Made by a program: the position numbers and the translations under genes
The notes under the pieces: model-generated
The model's input: the letters and a program-made list of their open reading frames with translations, nothing else
Told to the model about the DNA's origin: nothing
Databases searched by the model: none
In this document: positions 12,886-29,383 of the stretch, one piece after another
Layout: every line of letters starts with the position of its first letter
How positions within the stretch are numbered: the first letter of the stretch is position 1
NCBI GenBank assembly: GCA_951406725.2
Contig: OX597825.1
Span: forward strand, 81,282,001-81,346,000
Origin: Octopus vulgaris
Lineage: Eukaryota
DNA: 64,000 nt
Direction: 5' to 3'

Positions 12886-13062
12886 GTATGTATGTATGTA
12901 TGTATCCATCCATCCAGCCATCCATTTATCTATCTATCTGTCTGTCTGTCTGTCTAATGTATACACTCTTCCATTTGACATTTTCTCTCCACCACTGTCA
13001 CTTAGACGCGTATGACAGCGTGTTCAGCATCTGTCAGGATCTGTCTGCATGTTTTCTGTGTT

Positions 13063-13111
<49 letters not shown>

Positions 13112-13203
13112 CTGTGTGTTTGTCTGTGTGTATATGTTTGTATGACTCTGTGAGTATATTTGTGTTACCCTGTGCTTGTGCGTGTACCTGTTGGTATGCA
13201 TGT

Positions 13204-13281
<78 letters not shown>

Positions 13282-13605
13282 ATGTACGTATGTGTGTCTG
13301 TGTTTTCATTCCCAGCCGTTTGTTTCTCTTATTTGGGTTTGGGTCCTTCTCGCATAAACTCGTTTCTGAAAACTTTTTCTATAAATTTTCCCCTTCCTCC
13401 TTCTCTCTGCTTTCTATCTCACACCCCTCATCTCCCTCTCCTATTATCCTCTTCTTTCTTTCGCTTTCTGACAGACACTCGAATTTATATACGTGTGCAT
13501 GGGTACATAACAACGTACGTATATTTGTACATAAATACACATTATACGCACATACATACATGCCGTGCATACATGCATACATACATACATACATACATAC
13601 ATACA

Positions 13606-13636
<31 letters not shown>

Positions 13637-13639
13637 TCT

Positions 13640-13817
13640 TTTCTACTTTAGGCACAAGGTCCGAAATTTTGGGGGAGAGGGCCAGTCGATTACATCAACC
13701 CCAGTACGCAACTAGTGCTTAATTTATCGACCCCGAAAGGATGAAAGGCAAAGTCGACCTCGGCAGAATTTGAACTCAGAACGTAAAGACAGACGAAATA
13801 CCGCTAAGCATTTCGCC
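13640..13817 (-). mobile_element. SINE family C (tRNA-derived, conserved central gcctttcatcctttcggggtcgataaa), tail type B
   Basis: Reverse complement matches 59152-59360, with the B-box-like gagttcaaattc. Confidence 0.85.
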
Positions 13818-14049
13818 AGAATATTCTGAAGAAACTTATGAGTGCTGAATGCATCGGTATTCCGCATAAAATAAAGGAATTCTCGAACGCAAGATGGTTG
13901 TGAAGACAGCTAAGAAAATCGGGTAGATTCTCTTCAGAAAACGGAAATAAGCGTCCAGCCAGCCTCTACAAGGAATCGAACCCTGTTCCTAGCAAGAATT
14001 TGAGAGGTACAGGGTTCGATTCTCTGTAAAGGCTAGTTGGCCACCGATG

Positions 14050-14307
14050 TTATCCAAGGGAGTCGCCAGCAGTTGCCTTTGCATACCAGCCTCCCCTCTC
14101 CACGTCACCGGGGTTATCCAAGGGAAAGGCAAAGGGGCCGATACAGCATGGCACCAGTGATGTCGCAACTCATTTCTAAGGCGGAGTGAACTGGAGCAAC
14201 GTGAAATAAAGTGTCTTGCCCAAGAACATAACATGCAGCTAAGTCCGGGAATCAAACTCACTAGCTCATGATTCTAAGCCCTATGCTCTAAACACTGAGT
14301 CATACAC
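14050..14307 (-). mobile_element. SINE family B
   Basis: Reverse complement matches 32632-32957 (gcaagacactttatttcacgttgctccagttcactc). Confidence 0.8.
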
Positions 14308-14318
14308 CTTCATATTCC

Positions 14319-14357
<39 letters not shown>

Positions 14358-14558
14358 ATTAATTCAAAATATGGTCGTCTACTTTGTGTCTGAACTGCGC
14401 ATGACAGTCAGGTATAGTCGGGGCACCTACGAAATTCTGACTTTCTTTGGATATATCTATCTAGGAACTAACTTTACGCAATGTCTTGTGTTCCACATCT
14501 CGTAATATTTGCGCTCTGCGAAATATCTTTTAATGTACTTCACTTCTTTATTTACGAT

Positions 14559-14595
<37 letters not shown>

Positions 14596-15090
14596 TTTAT
14601 AACTTAAGATGATGGAATTAACAAGCTTTCAATCACATGTCACAACAACTGTTTTTGTGCAATGATAACAGCTGTTAGTTACTGAGTATTCTATATCATA
14701 CTATAGCATAAAATATATAAATATGACCCACCAGCAGTTGTCTACCGACACGTCATCAGGTGAGTGGCTTTCATAGCACTGCAACCACGAGGTTATTGCT
14801 CAGATCCACCTATATATGCGTTTATGTATTATGTGAGTATGGATCTCCACTTCTCTCTCACTCACTCTCACCCTGTCTCTGTATCTATACACTAACAAAC
14901 CTACATATTTCTGTGTGTGTTTGCATATATATATAGTCATGTATGGATGGATGTACTTGTTTGTGTGTATTTATGTAATACTGTTGAATCAATCTTGTTT
15001 GGTGATATATTCTTTAAACAAATCTCGTTATTCTCTCTTACTCTCTTTTTCTCTGTGAGTTCTGTTTGTCAGTGTCTCACGCTTTCTCTA

Positions 15091-15126
<36 letters not shown>

Positions 15127-15805
15127 ACACACATACACACACACACATATACACACATTCTCTCTCCCCTTCCCCGTCTGTTGTATTAACCGCTTCTGAC
15201 TATTTGTATATCTGTCTTTCTATCCAATTTTCCATCAGTTTGTCTTTCACTTAATTCCATGCTTTTATTAGCAAAATTTGTCTTTCTTACCCTTTTCTTA
15301 TTCTGCTCTTTACAATTTCATTAATTGATAAGCAATACACTAAAAACATACACATATTTTTATACACCTTCTCATTATTGTCTGATACGAAGGCTGTCAA
15401 GAGCCCTCCATATGTATTGCAAAAGAAAAAAAAAATATTAGATTTAAATACTGTCATATTACATTAAGTTTTATACCAAAGAAAACAAAAGCACACTTTT
15501 TTCTTCAATTGTAGAGCCTATGAACAATGGTTGTATTGGTATAAGAGGTAATTCCCCGATTTGCTATTTGAATCATGCTTCATGAAGGTGACAAAAATGC
15601 TACAGCCCTCTCTAGTTATATAAGGAGGCTGAAAGATTGTACTGTTAATAATTTCTGTGTAAGAAAGAAAGAAAACTTGGATAGCAGAACCGATGCTGTA
15701 TTTCGGAAAAATATTCTATCTTGACCTATATGAATAATTCTGCTAAAAATATTTTTTAATATATCTGAAATTTTCAGCAAATATTGCATTAAAAATATAT
15801 TTATA

Positions 15806-16197
15806 CTAGCAGTATCGCCCGGCATTGCTCGGGTTTGTTTCGACCCTTTAGAATTGGAATTTTTGAAAAGTAAAACTTTTGCATTATGTAGCTTGTTATT
15901 CTCTTTAAGTGAACATTTTTCTGGTTGAAATACACCGAAGAATGGCGACACAGCAGACAAAATATCGGAAAAAATTAAGGACTTTCATAGAAAATAGCAC
16001 CTTTTTGATGTAAATAATTTTTTGGATTAACCTGGTCCAATTTGAAATTTATCTTCTACGGAAGGAAGAGCAAGCCTTCTTGTATCATACTTTCAATTTT
16101 GGTCAATTTGCGCCGCAGGGTCTCGGAGGAGATAGTGTTACTTGAAGGCTACCAAACCTGCCATACACAGACAACTTCAGCCTTATATAGAGAGAGA
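15806..16197 (-). mobile_element. Non-autonomous Helitron-like element
   Basis: Minus strand starts TC(tctctatataagg..gtctgtg) and ends with the hairpin cccgagcaatgccggg followed by CTAG. It sits between A and T with no TSD. Confidence 0.7.
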
Positions 16198-16744
16198 TTT
16201 TGTGATTTATGAAATGATAGCGACCATTTAATCCACTGTCAGCAAATTTCTCCATCTACTAACAGTGTTAGAGCATTCTCATTTGCTCTTCCAGGAAGTT
16301 GCACCTATCTATTTCGCACCACAAAATACTTCTGTTTTCGTAATATTCCGTATCTACCTTGATAGTTTTGGTAACAATTTTCCCTATTATATTATTTAAT
16401 ACTATGAAATTTAGCAATATCCGTCGTGTTCTGTATATATATTTTTTCTTCTTCCTTGAAAACACATCGGGTTGACATGTCAGTTTTGGAGAATCTTTAA
16501 TTCTTGAAATTATCTCCCTTGTCATTTAAATTAGTTTCCAATTGCTACCAAGCGATTATTCTTCTCTTCTAGAAGTGGGGGATAATTTCAATAAATGAAT
16601 AATTTATATTGTGTGATATTTATATGCCGTGACCCGTCGCTGCTGCTCGAAATAAATGCCAATTAGCCAATCAGAAGAATTTCTCTCGAATCACGTTTTC
16701 TTTGTGGTAATTACCAACGCCGTAAATATATATTTATCTTCTAT

Positions 16745-17212
16745 CTCTTCTTTGTTTTAGTCATTAGACTGCGGCCATGCTGGGGTAACGCCTTTTAAAC
16801 TTGTTCGTCGACTGAATCTAACCCACTACTTTTTTCTCTTTCTTAGCCCGGTTCTTTTTCTATCGATTCCTTTTGTCGAACTGCTAAGTTACGGGAACAG
16901 AAACACTTCAACACCGTTTGTGAAGAAGTTGTCGGAGACAAAGGGACACACACACACACACACTCTCCCTCTCTCTCGCAGACACATTCTCTCTCACACA
17001 TACACACACAAACGCACAGATACATATACACGCGCACACGCACACACACATACACACACACGCGCACAAGACGGTCTTCTTTCAATTTCCATCTAACAGT
17101 TCCACGCACAAAGCTCACGGGGCTATAGTAGAAGACACTTGCTTAAACTTCCACCGAGTGGAACTGAACCTGGGACCGTGTGGTTGGGCAGCAAACAGGC
17201 ACACTTGCACCT
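16745..17212 (-). mobile_element. SINE family A
   Basis: cagtcatt-like tail, gcggccatgctgg, ctatagtagaagacacttg and ggaactgaacctggg, with an internal (CA)n tract. Confidence 0.8.
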
Positions 17213-17504
17213 GTCCTACTCCTTTTATGTCCGAGTACCTTTTTCTGCTAGAAACACGGTAAAGAATCCTGCTGTGCTAATGATGGTCATGGAGACAGAA
17301 ACATATAATGATCTGTCTTCTCAGGACAATCAAATTGCTTTTATTTTTCTTAAAGTCATATCAGTTCTGAGAATTATTACTCCTCCAGATTGTCTCACTT
17401 CGCGTTGGCACCAATTGCTCTAACTTCATAGGAAGTGAAGATAATATCAACCATGGATTTGTCTTGTATGAATTTTAACACAACAATAATACTTTTCGTT
17501 CTTC

Positions 17505-18574
<1,070 letters not shown>

Positions 18575-18660
18575 AACATCCTCATCAGTTATTAAAACAA
18601 AAGCACTATGAAAAAAACCGTTGATCCAACGTCTTTTTCTTTTCATAGCGTTTTTGTTTC

Positions 18661-18713
18661 AATAACTAATGAGGATGTCTTTTAGCCCCGGCATCCGAAA
18701 CTCTGAGTATTAT
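18661..18713 (+). ncRNA. Minimal type I hammerhead ribozyme motif (core G5A variant)
   Basis: aataa-CTAATGA-ggatgtc tttagcccc ggcatcc-GAA-actc t gagt-A-ttatt. Stems I, II and III all pair. The inverted copy at 18576-18593 retains CTGATGA. Confidence 0.75.
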
Positions 18714-18992
18714 TATGACAACTAACTGATTGTCCTATATTATATATGTATAGATAAACTCCTCTATTTACATAATATCGAGGTCACATTCAGTCTTTTG
18801 TTGTTATAATATTTTTATTATATATATATATATATATATATACATATATATAGTCAGTGAATCATAAATCCGACAGAAAAGCACACTCAATGTTATAGAG
18901 CAGTTGGTTAATTAGATAGTTATGGCCGGTGTATTGGGTTAACCTAGGTTCCACGTCCATAAAGCGCTTGGCTTTATGCCGTTTCTGGCCAT

Positions 18993-19055
18993 TAGGGGCT
19001 GAGGAATCGCCGTATAGCTAAGCGCTGAATGGGCGTGAAACCCAGGGTATCACTA
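18993..19055 (+). ncRNA. Type I hammerhead ribozyme motif inside a palindromic duplication
   Basis: tagggg-CTGAGGA-at cgcc...ggcg t-GAA-accc a gggt-A-tcacta. A degenerate inverted copy occupies 18914-18990. Confidence 0.7.
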
Positions 19056-19205
19056 TACACTGGTCATAACTATCTTCATCTAATATATATATATATAAAA
19101 CAATTCCTTTTGGGTTTATATGTATATATATATTATATTAAATTAGAGATAAAACCACTATTAGGCAAATCAAATTTTTCCCTGTAAGTTTGGATTTACT
19201 CCCTA

Positions 19206-19294
<89 letters not shown>

Positions 19295-19349
19295 GTTTGT
19301 GTGCATGTGTGATGAACTGTATGTGTGTTACACGTATGTAAGGTCAACG

Positions 19350-19409
<60 letters not shown>

Positions 19410-20519
19410 ATACCCGGGCAGCACCCCAGCTGACCAGCTCCTATTTGACCGTTCATTCCATACCAGCAAAGAGAACGTACGCTAAATCATGATGATGATG
19501 ATGATGATGATGATTATATATATGATATGATATATATAAATATATACGCACACACATACATATAGGTGTGTGTGTGTGTATGTATGAGTTTGTGAACTAT
19601 TATGCACATGTATGTATGTTATATACTTCGTAAACGATTATGCTTGTGTACGTGTGTGTGTGTGTGTGTACGTGTGTGTGTGTGTGTACGTGTGTGTGTG
19701 TACGTGTGTGTGTATGTACGTGTGTGTGTGTGTGTGAATTTGTGAAATATTGTTCGTGTGCGTGTGTGTCTACGCCTGCGGCGACGCGTCTATCTGTGTG
19801 GATAATCTGTGTATATGTATGTGTGTATGTACATCTATGATTAAACATTTTTGAATGTTTACGTATGTGAGCTTAAATAACTATATGGATGTGTAAGCAT
19901 ATAAACCTATACACACACACATACACACATACATACATACATACATATATATACATATACACACACATATATATAGACATATATATATATAAAGTTCACT
20001 TGTGATTATGAATGCGTATCTACAAATATATCTGTAGATGCATAAATGCGTGTGTGCACATGTGTGTGTGTGTGTGTTCGTGTGTGTGTGCTGGCGCATT
20101 TCAATTAATATTTTCGTAATTAGTACATACATTATCTAAATTAATTGACACAAACGCTTTACTCTCATCGTCCCTACCTCTCCGTTTCCCCCCTCACTAT
20201 TCGTCTCTCTCTCTCTCTCTGTATCGTTTCTACTTTCACTTTCACAATCACATATCTATCTCTCACTCGCTTGGATTTCAGTGTAACTATCTCTTTCTCT
20301 ATTCCTCCTATTAGCCGTCTCTCTACCACTCTATCTTTCCTTCTATCTTTCTTTCTATCTTTCCGTCTTTTTCCCCCCTCTCAATCACACTATCTACCCC
20401 TCTACCTATCCCTCTGTCTATCCTTCTATCCCTCACTTGAACATTTGGCCTCTCTATCTTTCCTCTGTCAACTTTCAACACTTGTCTCTCCCCCTTTCGC
20501 AATTTCTTTATCTTTCTCC

Positions 20520-20559
<40 letters not shown>

Positions 20560-20875
20560 TCCTTCCCCAGTTGTAATTCACTCCTCCCCTCCCATTGAAA
20601 TAGACTCAATTACAACACACACATATACAAACACACGCGCGCGCACACGTATACACATACACTCACTCACACACACACAAGCATACACACACACACACAC
20701 ACATCTGAAAGTACATGTATTCAGACACATATACGTAAACACAGTAAAAAAGTCTCACGAACAACGTGTCATTTTCCCTCAATCTCTCTCTCTCTCTATC
20801 TATCTACTTATCTATTTATTTCTCTGTCTCTCTCTCTCTCTCTCTATTTATCTATCTATCTACTTCTCTATTTAT

Positions 20876-20927
<52 letters not shown>

Positions 20928-20931
20928 TTAT

Positions 20932-20985
<54 letters not shown>

Positions 20986-21151
20986 CTATTTATTTATCTC
21001 TCTCTCTCTCTTTCTCTCTCTCTCTATCTATCTATCTGTATATCTATCTATCACTACATCTTTATCGATCGCTCGATCAATCTACCAATCAATCAATCAA
21101 TCAGTCAATCTCTCTATCTATCTATCTGTGCATGACCCTCACTCTCCCTTA

Positions 21152-21195
<44 letters not shown>

Positions 21196-21288
21196 CTATC
21201 GCAACAATATATACAATTAAAACTGAATACGAAATACACACACGCAAACACACATACGTAGAAATACACAAGCACGCTAGCATACTCG

Positions 21289-21323
<35 letters not shown>

Positions 21324-21587
21324 CGCCATACACAAGCAGTGATACACACCCAAGCACTTACATGACAATCTCATTAACCACGCCCATTTTCTGCGTCATT
21401 CATACTCTCAACTCCCACTCACTCATTCTGTTTATCTTTTACTCCCTCCTTTCCTTTCTCTATCTCTCTCTCTCCCTCTCTTACATGTTCTCTATCACAC
21501 TCCCTTTTCATTTCAACTCTCGCTTTCTCATCCGCTCGGAACCGTTCTCAATAACTTTATATATATGTATCTCTCTCTCTCTCTCTA

Positions 21588-21666
<79 letters not shown>

Positions 21667-21716
21667 CATCTATCTATCTACCTATCTACCTATCTATCTA
21701 TCTATCTATCTATCTA

Positions 21717-21763
<47 letters not shown>

Positions 21764-21849
21764 ATTTATCTATCTATCTATCAATCAATCTATCTATCTA
21801 TCCCCCTCTCTCTCTCTCTCTATCTACCTATCTATCTATCCAGCTCTCA

Positions 21850-21951
<102 letters not shown>

Positions 21952-21968
21952 GTCTATCTATCTATCCA

Positions 21969-22003
<35 letters not shown>

Positions 22004-22359
22004 TTATCTATCTATCTATCAATCAATCTATCTATCTATACCCCTCTCTCTCTCTCTATCTACCTATCTATTTATCTACCTATCTATCTACATTTTTGTC
22101 TGTCTACATACCTGTCTGTCTACCTGCTCGTCGGTGGGCCTCTCTGCTAATAATCTATTTATGTATCTCTCTATCTTATATAAATCTGTTTATCAATCAT
22201 TCCATCTGTTTCGCATCATACACACATGTAACAATGTATGAGGGGTATTCATAACGTGCGTGTATATTATCTATGCCTGCAAATATATATTTATATATAT
22301 ATATATATAAACATATTCACGTATATAGATAGGTATATATGAATACATACATACATACA

Positions 22360-22455
<96 letters not shown>

Positions 22456-22915
22456 TATACACTCGGGGATATATACATAAAAACACATACACACGAACAG
22501 ATACACAAATAGACGCACACACCAAACACAAATGCACAAACACATACACACACATTCATATATATACACACACACACATATATATATATACATATATATA
22601 CACACACATTCATATATATATATGTATGTATGTATGTGTGTATGTATGTATGTATGTGTGTATGCATGTATGTATGTATATGTATATAATATTTTAACAC
22701 GTTTTGGACATGTGGGTGTGTTTACAATTTCTAAAATCATGCAACATAGTTTCTAAGATGTTGCAACTGTGCATCTCTCTCACTCTCTCGCTCTCCTTCT
22801 TTCTCTCTCTTACTCACAATCTATCTGTACACATACATACCTAAACACACACACACATACACATACACACACACAAACACTCACGCACTTGAACTTATAT
22901 ACATATACATACACA

Positions 22916-22952
<37 letters not shown>

Positions 22953-23013
22953 GTCTACCTATCTATGAATCTATCTCGCCCTCTTTCCCTCTCTCTCTTT
23001 ATATATGACACAA

Positions 23014-23053
<40 letters not shown>

Positions 23054-23207
23054 GTATGTGTGGAAATATATAGTACATTTTAAAGTATATACATATGCAT
23101 ATATAAATATATGTTTGTCACACACAGATGCAAACATATACACGAACATATCTCTATATAGATATGCATGTGGGTGTACGTATATACATACATGCATACA
23201 TACATAT

Positions 23208-23258
<51 letters not shown>

Positions 23259-23362
23259 GATGCACATATATAGATTAATACACACATATAAACATGTATG
23301 TGTGTATATATGGGCATATATATATATATAAGTGTATTAGATATGCATATGGGTGTACGTAT

Positions 23363-23423
<61 letters not shown>

Positions 23424-23455
23424 CATCTTATGGATATATATGTATATATGAGCGC

Positions 23456-23486
<31 letters not shown>

Positions 23487-23781
23487 TGTAACTATATATA
23501 TATACATATAATATAAATGCATATGTATATAGATATATACATATATGCATAGATACATACCTATATGCATGCACATTCGCATTAGTACAATTATTGTTAT
23601 ACATTTACAAACAGTCATGTATACCACAGTACAACATAGACATACTTACACATACACGCATTCTCATCTACATACACACACATACAAACACAACACACAG
23701 GCACACATATGCGCATATATATAATCTTTTCGATGTGTTTATGTCTATGAATATTTGCACGTGTGTGTGTGTATCTGTGTA

Positions 23782-23814
<33 letters not shown>

Positions 23815-24295
23815 CCGCGTGTGTTTGCCTTTATGTATGCCTATAACAGATACACACACACACATAAACATATTTATATTTTTAAACTAATTACAAAAAT
23901 AATATATAAACGTTATTAAAACAATTGCAAACATCATATCAAACACAAATAAGGTGTGCGTTTGTGAGTGTGGTTGTGTATATGTATATATATATATATA
24001 TATATATGTGTGTATCTGCATACATATACACATGGATATATAAATAGGTATATGCATATATGTGTGTATGTATATATATATATACACTCACATGCATAAA
24101 GAAATATATATACATATATGTATATGTATACACATGTACATATATAAATCTACTCATTCCCATTTATATACAAATCTGTGTGCACCGATATATATATATA
24201 TATATAAGTATATATATATACATGCTTATAATATATATATATATATATGTATATATATATGTATATATATTTATATATATATAAACATGTATATA

Positions 24296-24435
<140 letters not shown>

Positions 24436-24960
24436 GACATATATAAATGTATGTAATATATAGACGTGTGTGTGTGTATGTGTATATATCTATATCTATA
24501 TCTATCTATCTATATATATATAGATATGCACTAGTGTGCATGTATCACCGGAATTCTACATGATACACATGCACGCAAACATGTAGACTATCCACGCGCA
24601 AATCCTAACGGATGTCTCTCCTTTCCTGGTCCCACTCAAACACACACCTGCACACACGCCATACAGGTGAGACATACATAGCCACAGATTGTAAATTACC
24701 CATTAAGGTCATACGTTTCTTCCAGCATTCATACACGCACTTTCACTTTCTCTCTCTTCCCCTCTCCTTCTCTCCATCTCTCTTTCTCTCCATCTCTCTT
24801 TCTCTCCATCTCTCTTTCTCTCCATCTCTCTTTCTCTCCATCTCTCTCTCTTTCCCTGACACGCACACAAACATCCACCCAGACCCCCCCACACACCCAC
24901 ACACACATAATCATACAATTGGATAACTGAAACTGATGTATTTGAACATATAAATTAACT

Positions 24961-25240
<280 letters not shown>

Positions 25241-25242
25241 CA

Positions 25243-25274
<32 letters not shown>

Positions 25275-25852
25275 CATCTATCCATCTAGCTTATGTATGT
25301 ATGTATGTATGTATGTATGTATGTATCGATCTATCTATCTGCCTGTCTGTCTCCCTGTCTCTCTGTCTGTCTCTCTATGTATATATGTATGTATGTATGT
25401 ATGTATCTATCTATCTATCTTCCTGTCTGTATACCTGTCTGTCTGACTGCATGTCTGTCTGTCTATCCATGTATGTATGTATGTATGTACGTATCTATCT
25501 ATCTCTCTCTCTACGCACTCACATACACACACATCACAAACAGAAGCACATGGGTGTATATGTATGCACATCATCTGTATGTGTTTATTTTACGCGCGCA
25601 CACACACAGACACACACAAATACGTGTATAAGTTAATGTACGTACTCTCCAATGCATGAATATATGGATGCATATGTGTATGTATATATATATACTCACA
25701 TATAGACATACACACACACATATATATACTCCCCCCCCCCCACACATATATATATATATATATATATACATACATATATGCGTATATACTAATATTTAAA
25801 TACATATATGAAGACACGCATATGTGGATGTGTAGATATGCACACATGCATT

Positions 25853-25887
<35 letters not shown>

Positions 25888-26379
25888 GCATCATGTATAT
25901 ATGTATATATGCATATATATGCATAAGATATGCGTATATGTGCATACACACGTGTATACATATGCACATATTCATTTATACATATTTTCATTAAAAAAAA
26001 GAATCCTACAAATATAAGAACGCAGATACACGCAAACCAGCAATCACACACACACACAGACTCAGACACACACACACACACAGGTACACACGCGCACGCA
26101 CGTGCGGACTCATTAATATACAAAGCACACATGTAATACAGGGCTATATAGCAATTTCACAATTAAGACATGCACAGAATAATATTTAAACTTTGTGGAG
26201 GACATATTTCACACATCGCATATGTTCTGTCTATCGCTTCTTCTGTTCTTATCGTAATTGTCCTGTTGTTGTTGTTGCAGTTGTAGTTGTTGTGGTTGTT
26301 ATTGTTGTGGATGTTGTTGTTGCTTTTATATTTGGTCTTGGTTGTGAGCATAATTATTAACAATGCTTGTCATCGTCAC

Positions 26380-26787
26380 CGTTGTCATCATCATCATCAT
26401 CGACAACCTCGCCGCCACCGCCACCGCCACCAGCCCCACGACAGCCATAACCACGACCACGACCACCATCACCGCCAAGACCAATAGCGGCGCCACTCTC
26501 CCTAAACGCCACCATCATTACCCCTCGTCCTTCTCATCATCGTCGTCGTCATCGTCTTACTCATCTTCATTACCATCGTCATCTTTATCAGCACCATCAC
26601 CATCCTCATCCCCATGATCATCATCACCAGCATCAGCACTGCAATCACCGCAACCAACCTCATTTCTCTCCTCCACCCTCATCATCTATCCATTCATCAA
26701 CCTATCTTCCTGCTCTCTTCTTCCTTCTCATCATCATTGCCGTCACCATCATCATCATCATCATCATCGCCATCATCATCGTCATCG

Positions 26788-26854
<67 letters not shown>

Positions 26855-26995
26855 TATCGTCATCATCATCGTCATCAGCATCATCACCATCATCATCATT
26901 ACCATCATCATCATTACCATCACAATCATCCTCATCACCATTACCATCATCAGCATCAGCATCAGCATCGCCATCATCATCATCATCACCATCAC

Positions 26996-27065
<70 letters not shown>

Positions 27066-27300
27066 TCCATCATCACCATCATCACCATCACCAGCATCAT
27101 GATCATCGTCAACGTCGTCATCCCAATGGAGCTAACGTTCTCATTCATCACTATGATCCTCATTATCATAGCTATAGTCATCATCCCCATCATCATCATC
27201 CCCATCATCATCATCATCATCATCACCATCATCATCATCCCCATCATCCTCATCATCATCATCAACGTCCTCTTCATCGTCATCGCCGTCTTCATCATTA
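26380..27300. repeat. (CAT)n-rich trinucleotide low-complexity tract
   Basis: Direct reading. Source of the poly-Ser, poly-Met and poly-Asp ORFs. Confidence 0.9.
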
Positions 27301-28078
27301 CGAGGTTGTAGCCGTGATGTACCGAAGACTAAAGACAAAAAACAAAAAAACAAAATGGCGTTTAGTTCCGTGTGTGCTACATTCCAAACTACAAAGACCT
27401 TCCAGATTTAACTTGGACTTGACTGAGGACGGCGTCCATATTGAAACCTCTCCCCCCTTCCTCCCACCCTTGCTCTTCCCCTTCCTCTCTCTCTCCCTCC
27501 CTATCTCCCTGTTCTCCATTCCTCCATCTCCTCACCTCCACCATCACTTTTACATTCCTATTCAGCATCCGTGTTGTTCTTGATGTTGCTTTTTATCCGG
27601 TAATTGAGCAAGCCTAGTCTCTAAGGCATTCCTGTCGTGACCATCTCTTTTATTTTTTCAGTGCTTTAATATAACTAGAAGTACATTCATTGAATGTTCT
27701 TTTTTATCTCTCATTTTCTTATTACAATTATTTTAAGGCGATTTGCCTATTATTTCTAGCATCTGGAATGGCTGCTTAAAAGACGCTAGTCTCGATGCAG
27801 TAAAGTAATGTGTCTCAATTAATGTGAATAATAATCCACGTCTTCATTAATATCTCCCTCCTAATTATAGATATAATTAGTACCTGGTGACTGAGAGTTG
27901 TACACACACACACACACACACACACATACATACACATACATTCATACATACATGTGTATATAACAACCTAATGTGATATATATATATACATCCCTATACA
28001 CATATAGATATATATATGCATACATATATATATATACATGTTTTTAACCCTGTTATATACCTGTTCTATATACGTAGA

Positions 28079-28320
28079 ATTCTGTTGTGTCTGGGGAGAG
28101 CCATTCTCTTTTTGTGCCTCACCGGTAAAATTTCCGCTTATTTCTTATATTTATTTTCCTAAAATTTTCGTTGCGTCTTGCAACCTCTTCAAGAGTCAAT
28201 TTTACCGGCGAGTGTGTTAAATTATAAGGCAGTAAAAGATAATGCCTCTCCCCACGCACAACAGAATATGCTTCAACACACGAACTCTCATAAAGAATCT
28301 TGCAAACCAAATACAAAAAC
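28079..28320 (-). mobile_element. Fold-back Penelope-like fragment containing a degenerate hammerhead
   Basis: Inverted arms 28079-28132 / 28198-28267. The loop on the minus strand reads tTGAAGA g gttgc aagac gcaac GAA aatt t. The tail ttcaacacacga..cataaa.aatcttgca is shared with 55850-55895. Confidence 0.6.
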
Positions 28321-28524
28321 GGAATATATAGAATTTACTTTGTGAAAACATTTATACGTCTTCCGCAAAACTATTGTACGAAAACATTTGGTGTGAAATA
28401 TTTTTTTTATACATTTATATATATGTGTATATATATGATAGATCGGTAGCCACTACACACATTTTTCTCTCCTTTTTCTCTCCTTTTTTCTCTCCTTGAT
28501 TCTCTCCTTGTTCTTTCTGTGTCC

Positions 28525-28560
28525 CTTTCTGTAGAAGAGCGATGGCACGAAACGTAAAAG
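28525..28560 (+). ncRNA. Minimal hammerhead-like motif (variant core)
   Basis: cttt-CTGTAGA-a-gagc gatg gcac-GAA-acgt-A-aaag. Stem I cttt/aaag, palindromic acgt stem III, core A6T. Confidence 0.5.
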
Positions 28561-29061
28561 CCTTTTTCAATTCGTGAGCGTTATACTAATACATCTGTTT
28601 GTCTTGTACACCACCTGTCTTCGTCTTTTGTTTTTTTCGTGAACTCTCTCCTTATATCACACGGTCACGTGGTAGCACCGGTTGATCCTGTCATTCCTTA
28701 TCACACACGAACTTCTCCACTGGACTTTCTACCTATCTACCTTTTACGGATTCTCTTTTGGACATTTACCTTCCGGCTGCACCTCTCCTACCTACGGATC
28801 ACCGTGGACTCTACACTATATATATATTTATATATATATACATATATATGTATATATATTGTAACATACAGATAAGATGGTAGTTTACTTTCGAACACAG
28901 AGACTCTGTTAGAACAACAGAAACACTGAGTAAATTGCCCTTTACAAAATTTGTCAATGGCCGTTTTTTGACAAAATTTGTCCACTTTGTAAAAGTAATT
29001 CGGCGCATATAAAAAGACAAATGTTAGTTTGTTTATACATACATGCATACATATATATATT

Positions 29062-29102
<41 letters not shown>

Positions 29103-29321
29103 ATACATACATACATATATGTGTGTGTGTTGTATGTGTATGTAATATAACCAAGACTCAGTTGAACAAGGTATTTAAAGTTGAGGCTCCTGGTTAGGTC
29201 GGTTATCTTATACACACACACACACACACGTAGGCGCAGTCGTGACTGTGTGCTAAGATGCTTGCTTCCCATCCACATGGTTCAAAGTTCAGTCTGTATA
29301 TACACACAAACATACAAACAG

Positions 29322-29383
<62 letters not shown>

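Noticed and set aside
26614-27353. Poly-Ser, poly-Met and poly-Asp ORFs
   Set aside because: (CAT)n low-complexity tract open in several frames, with no splice or domain evidence.
27420-27452. CTGAGGA...GAAAC spacing resembling a hammerhead
   Set aside because: Stems I, II and III cannot be formed.
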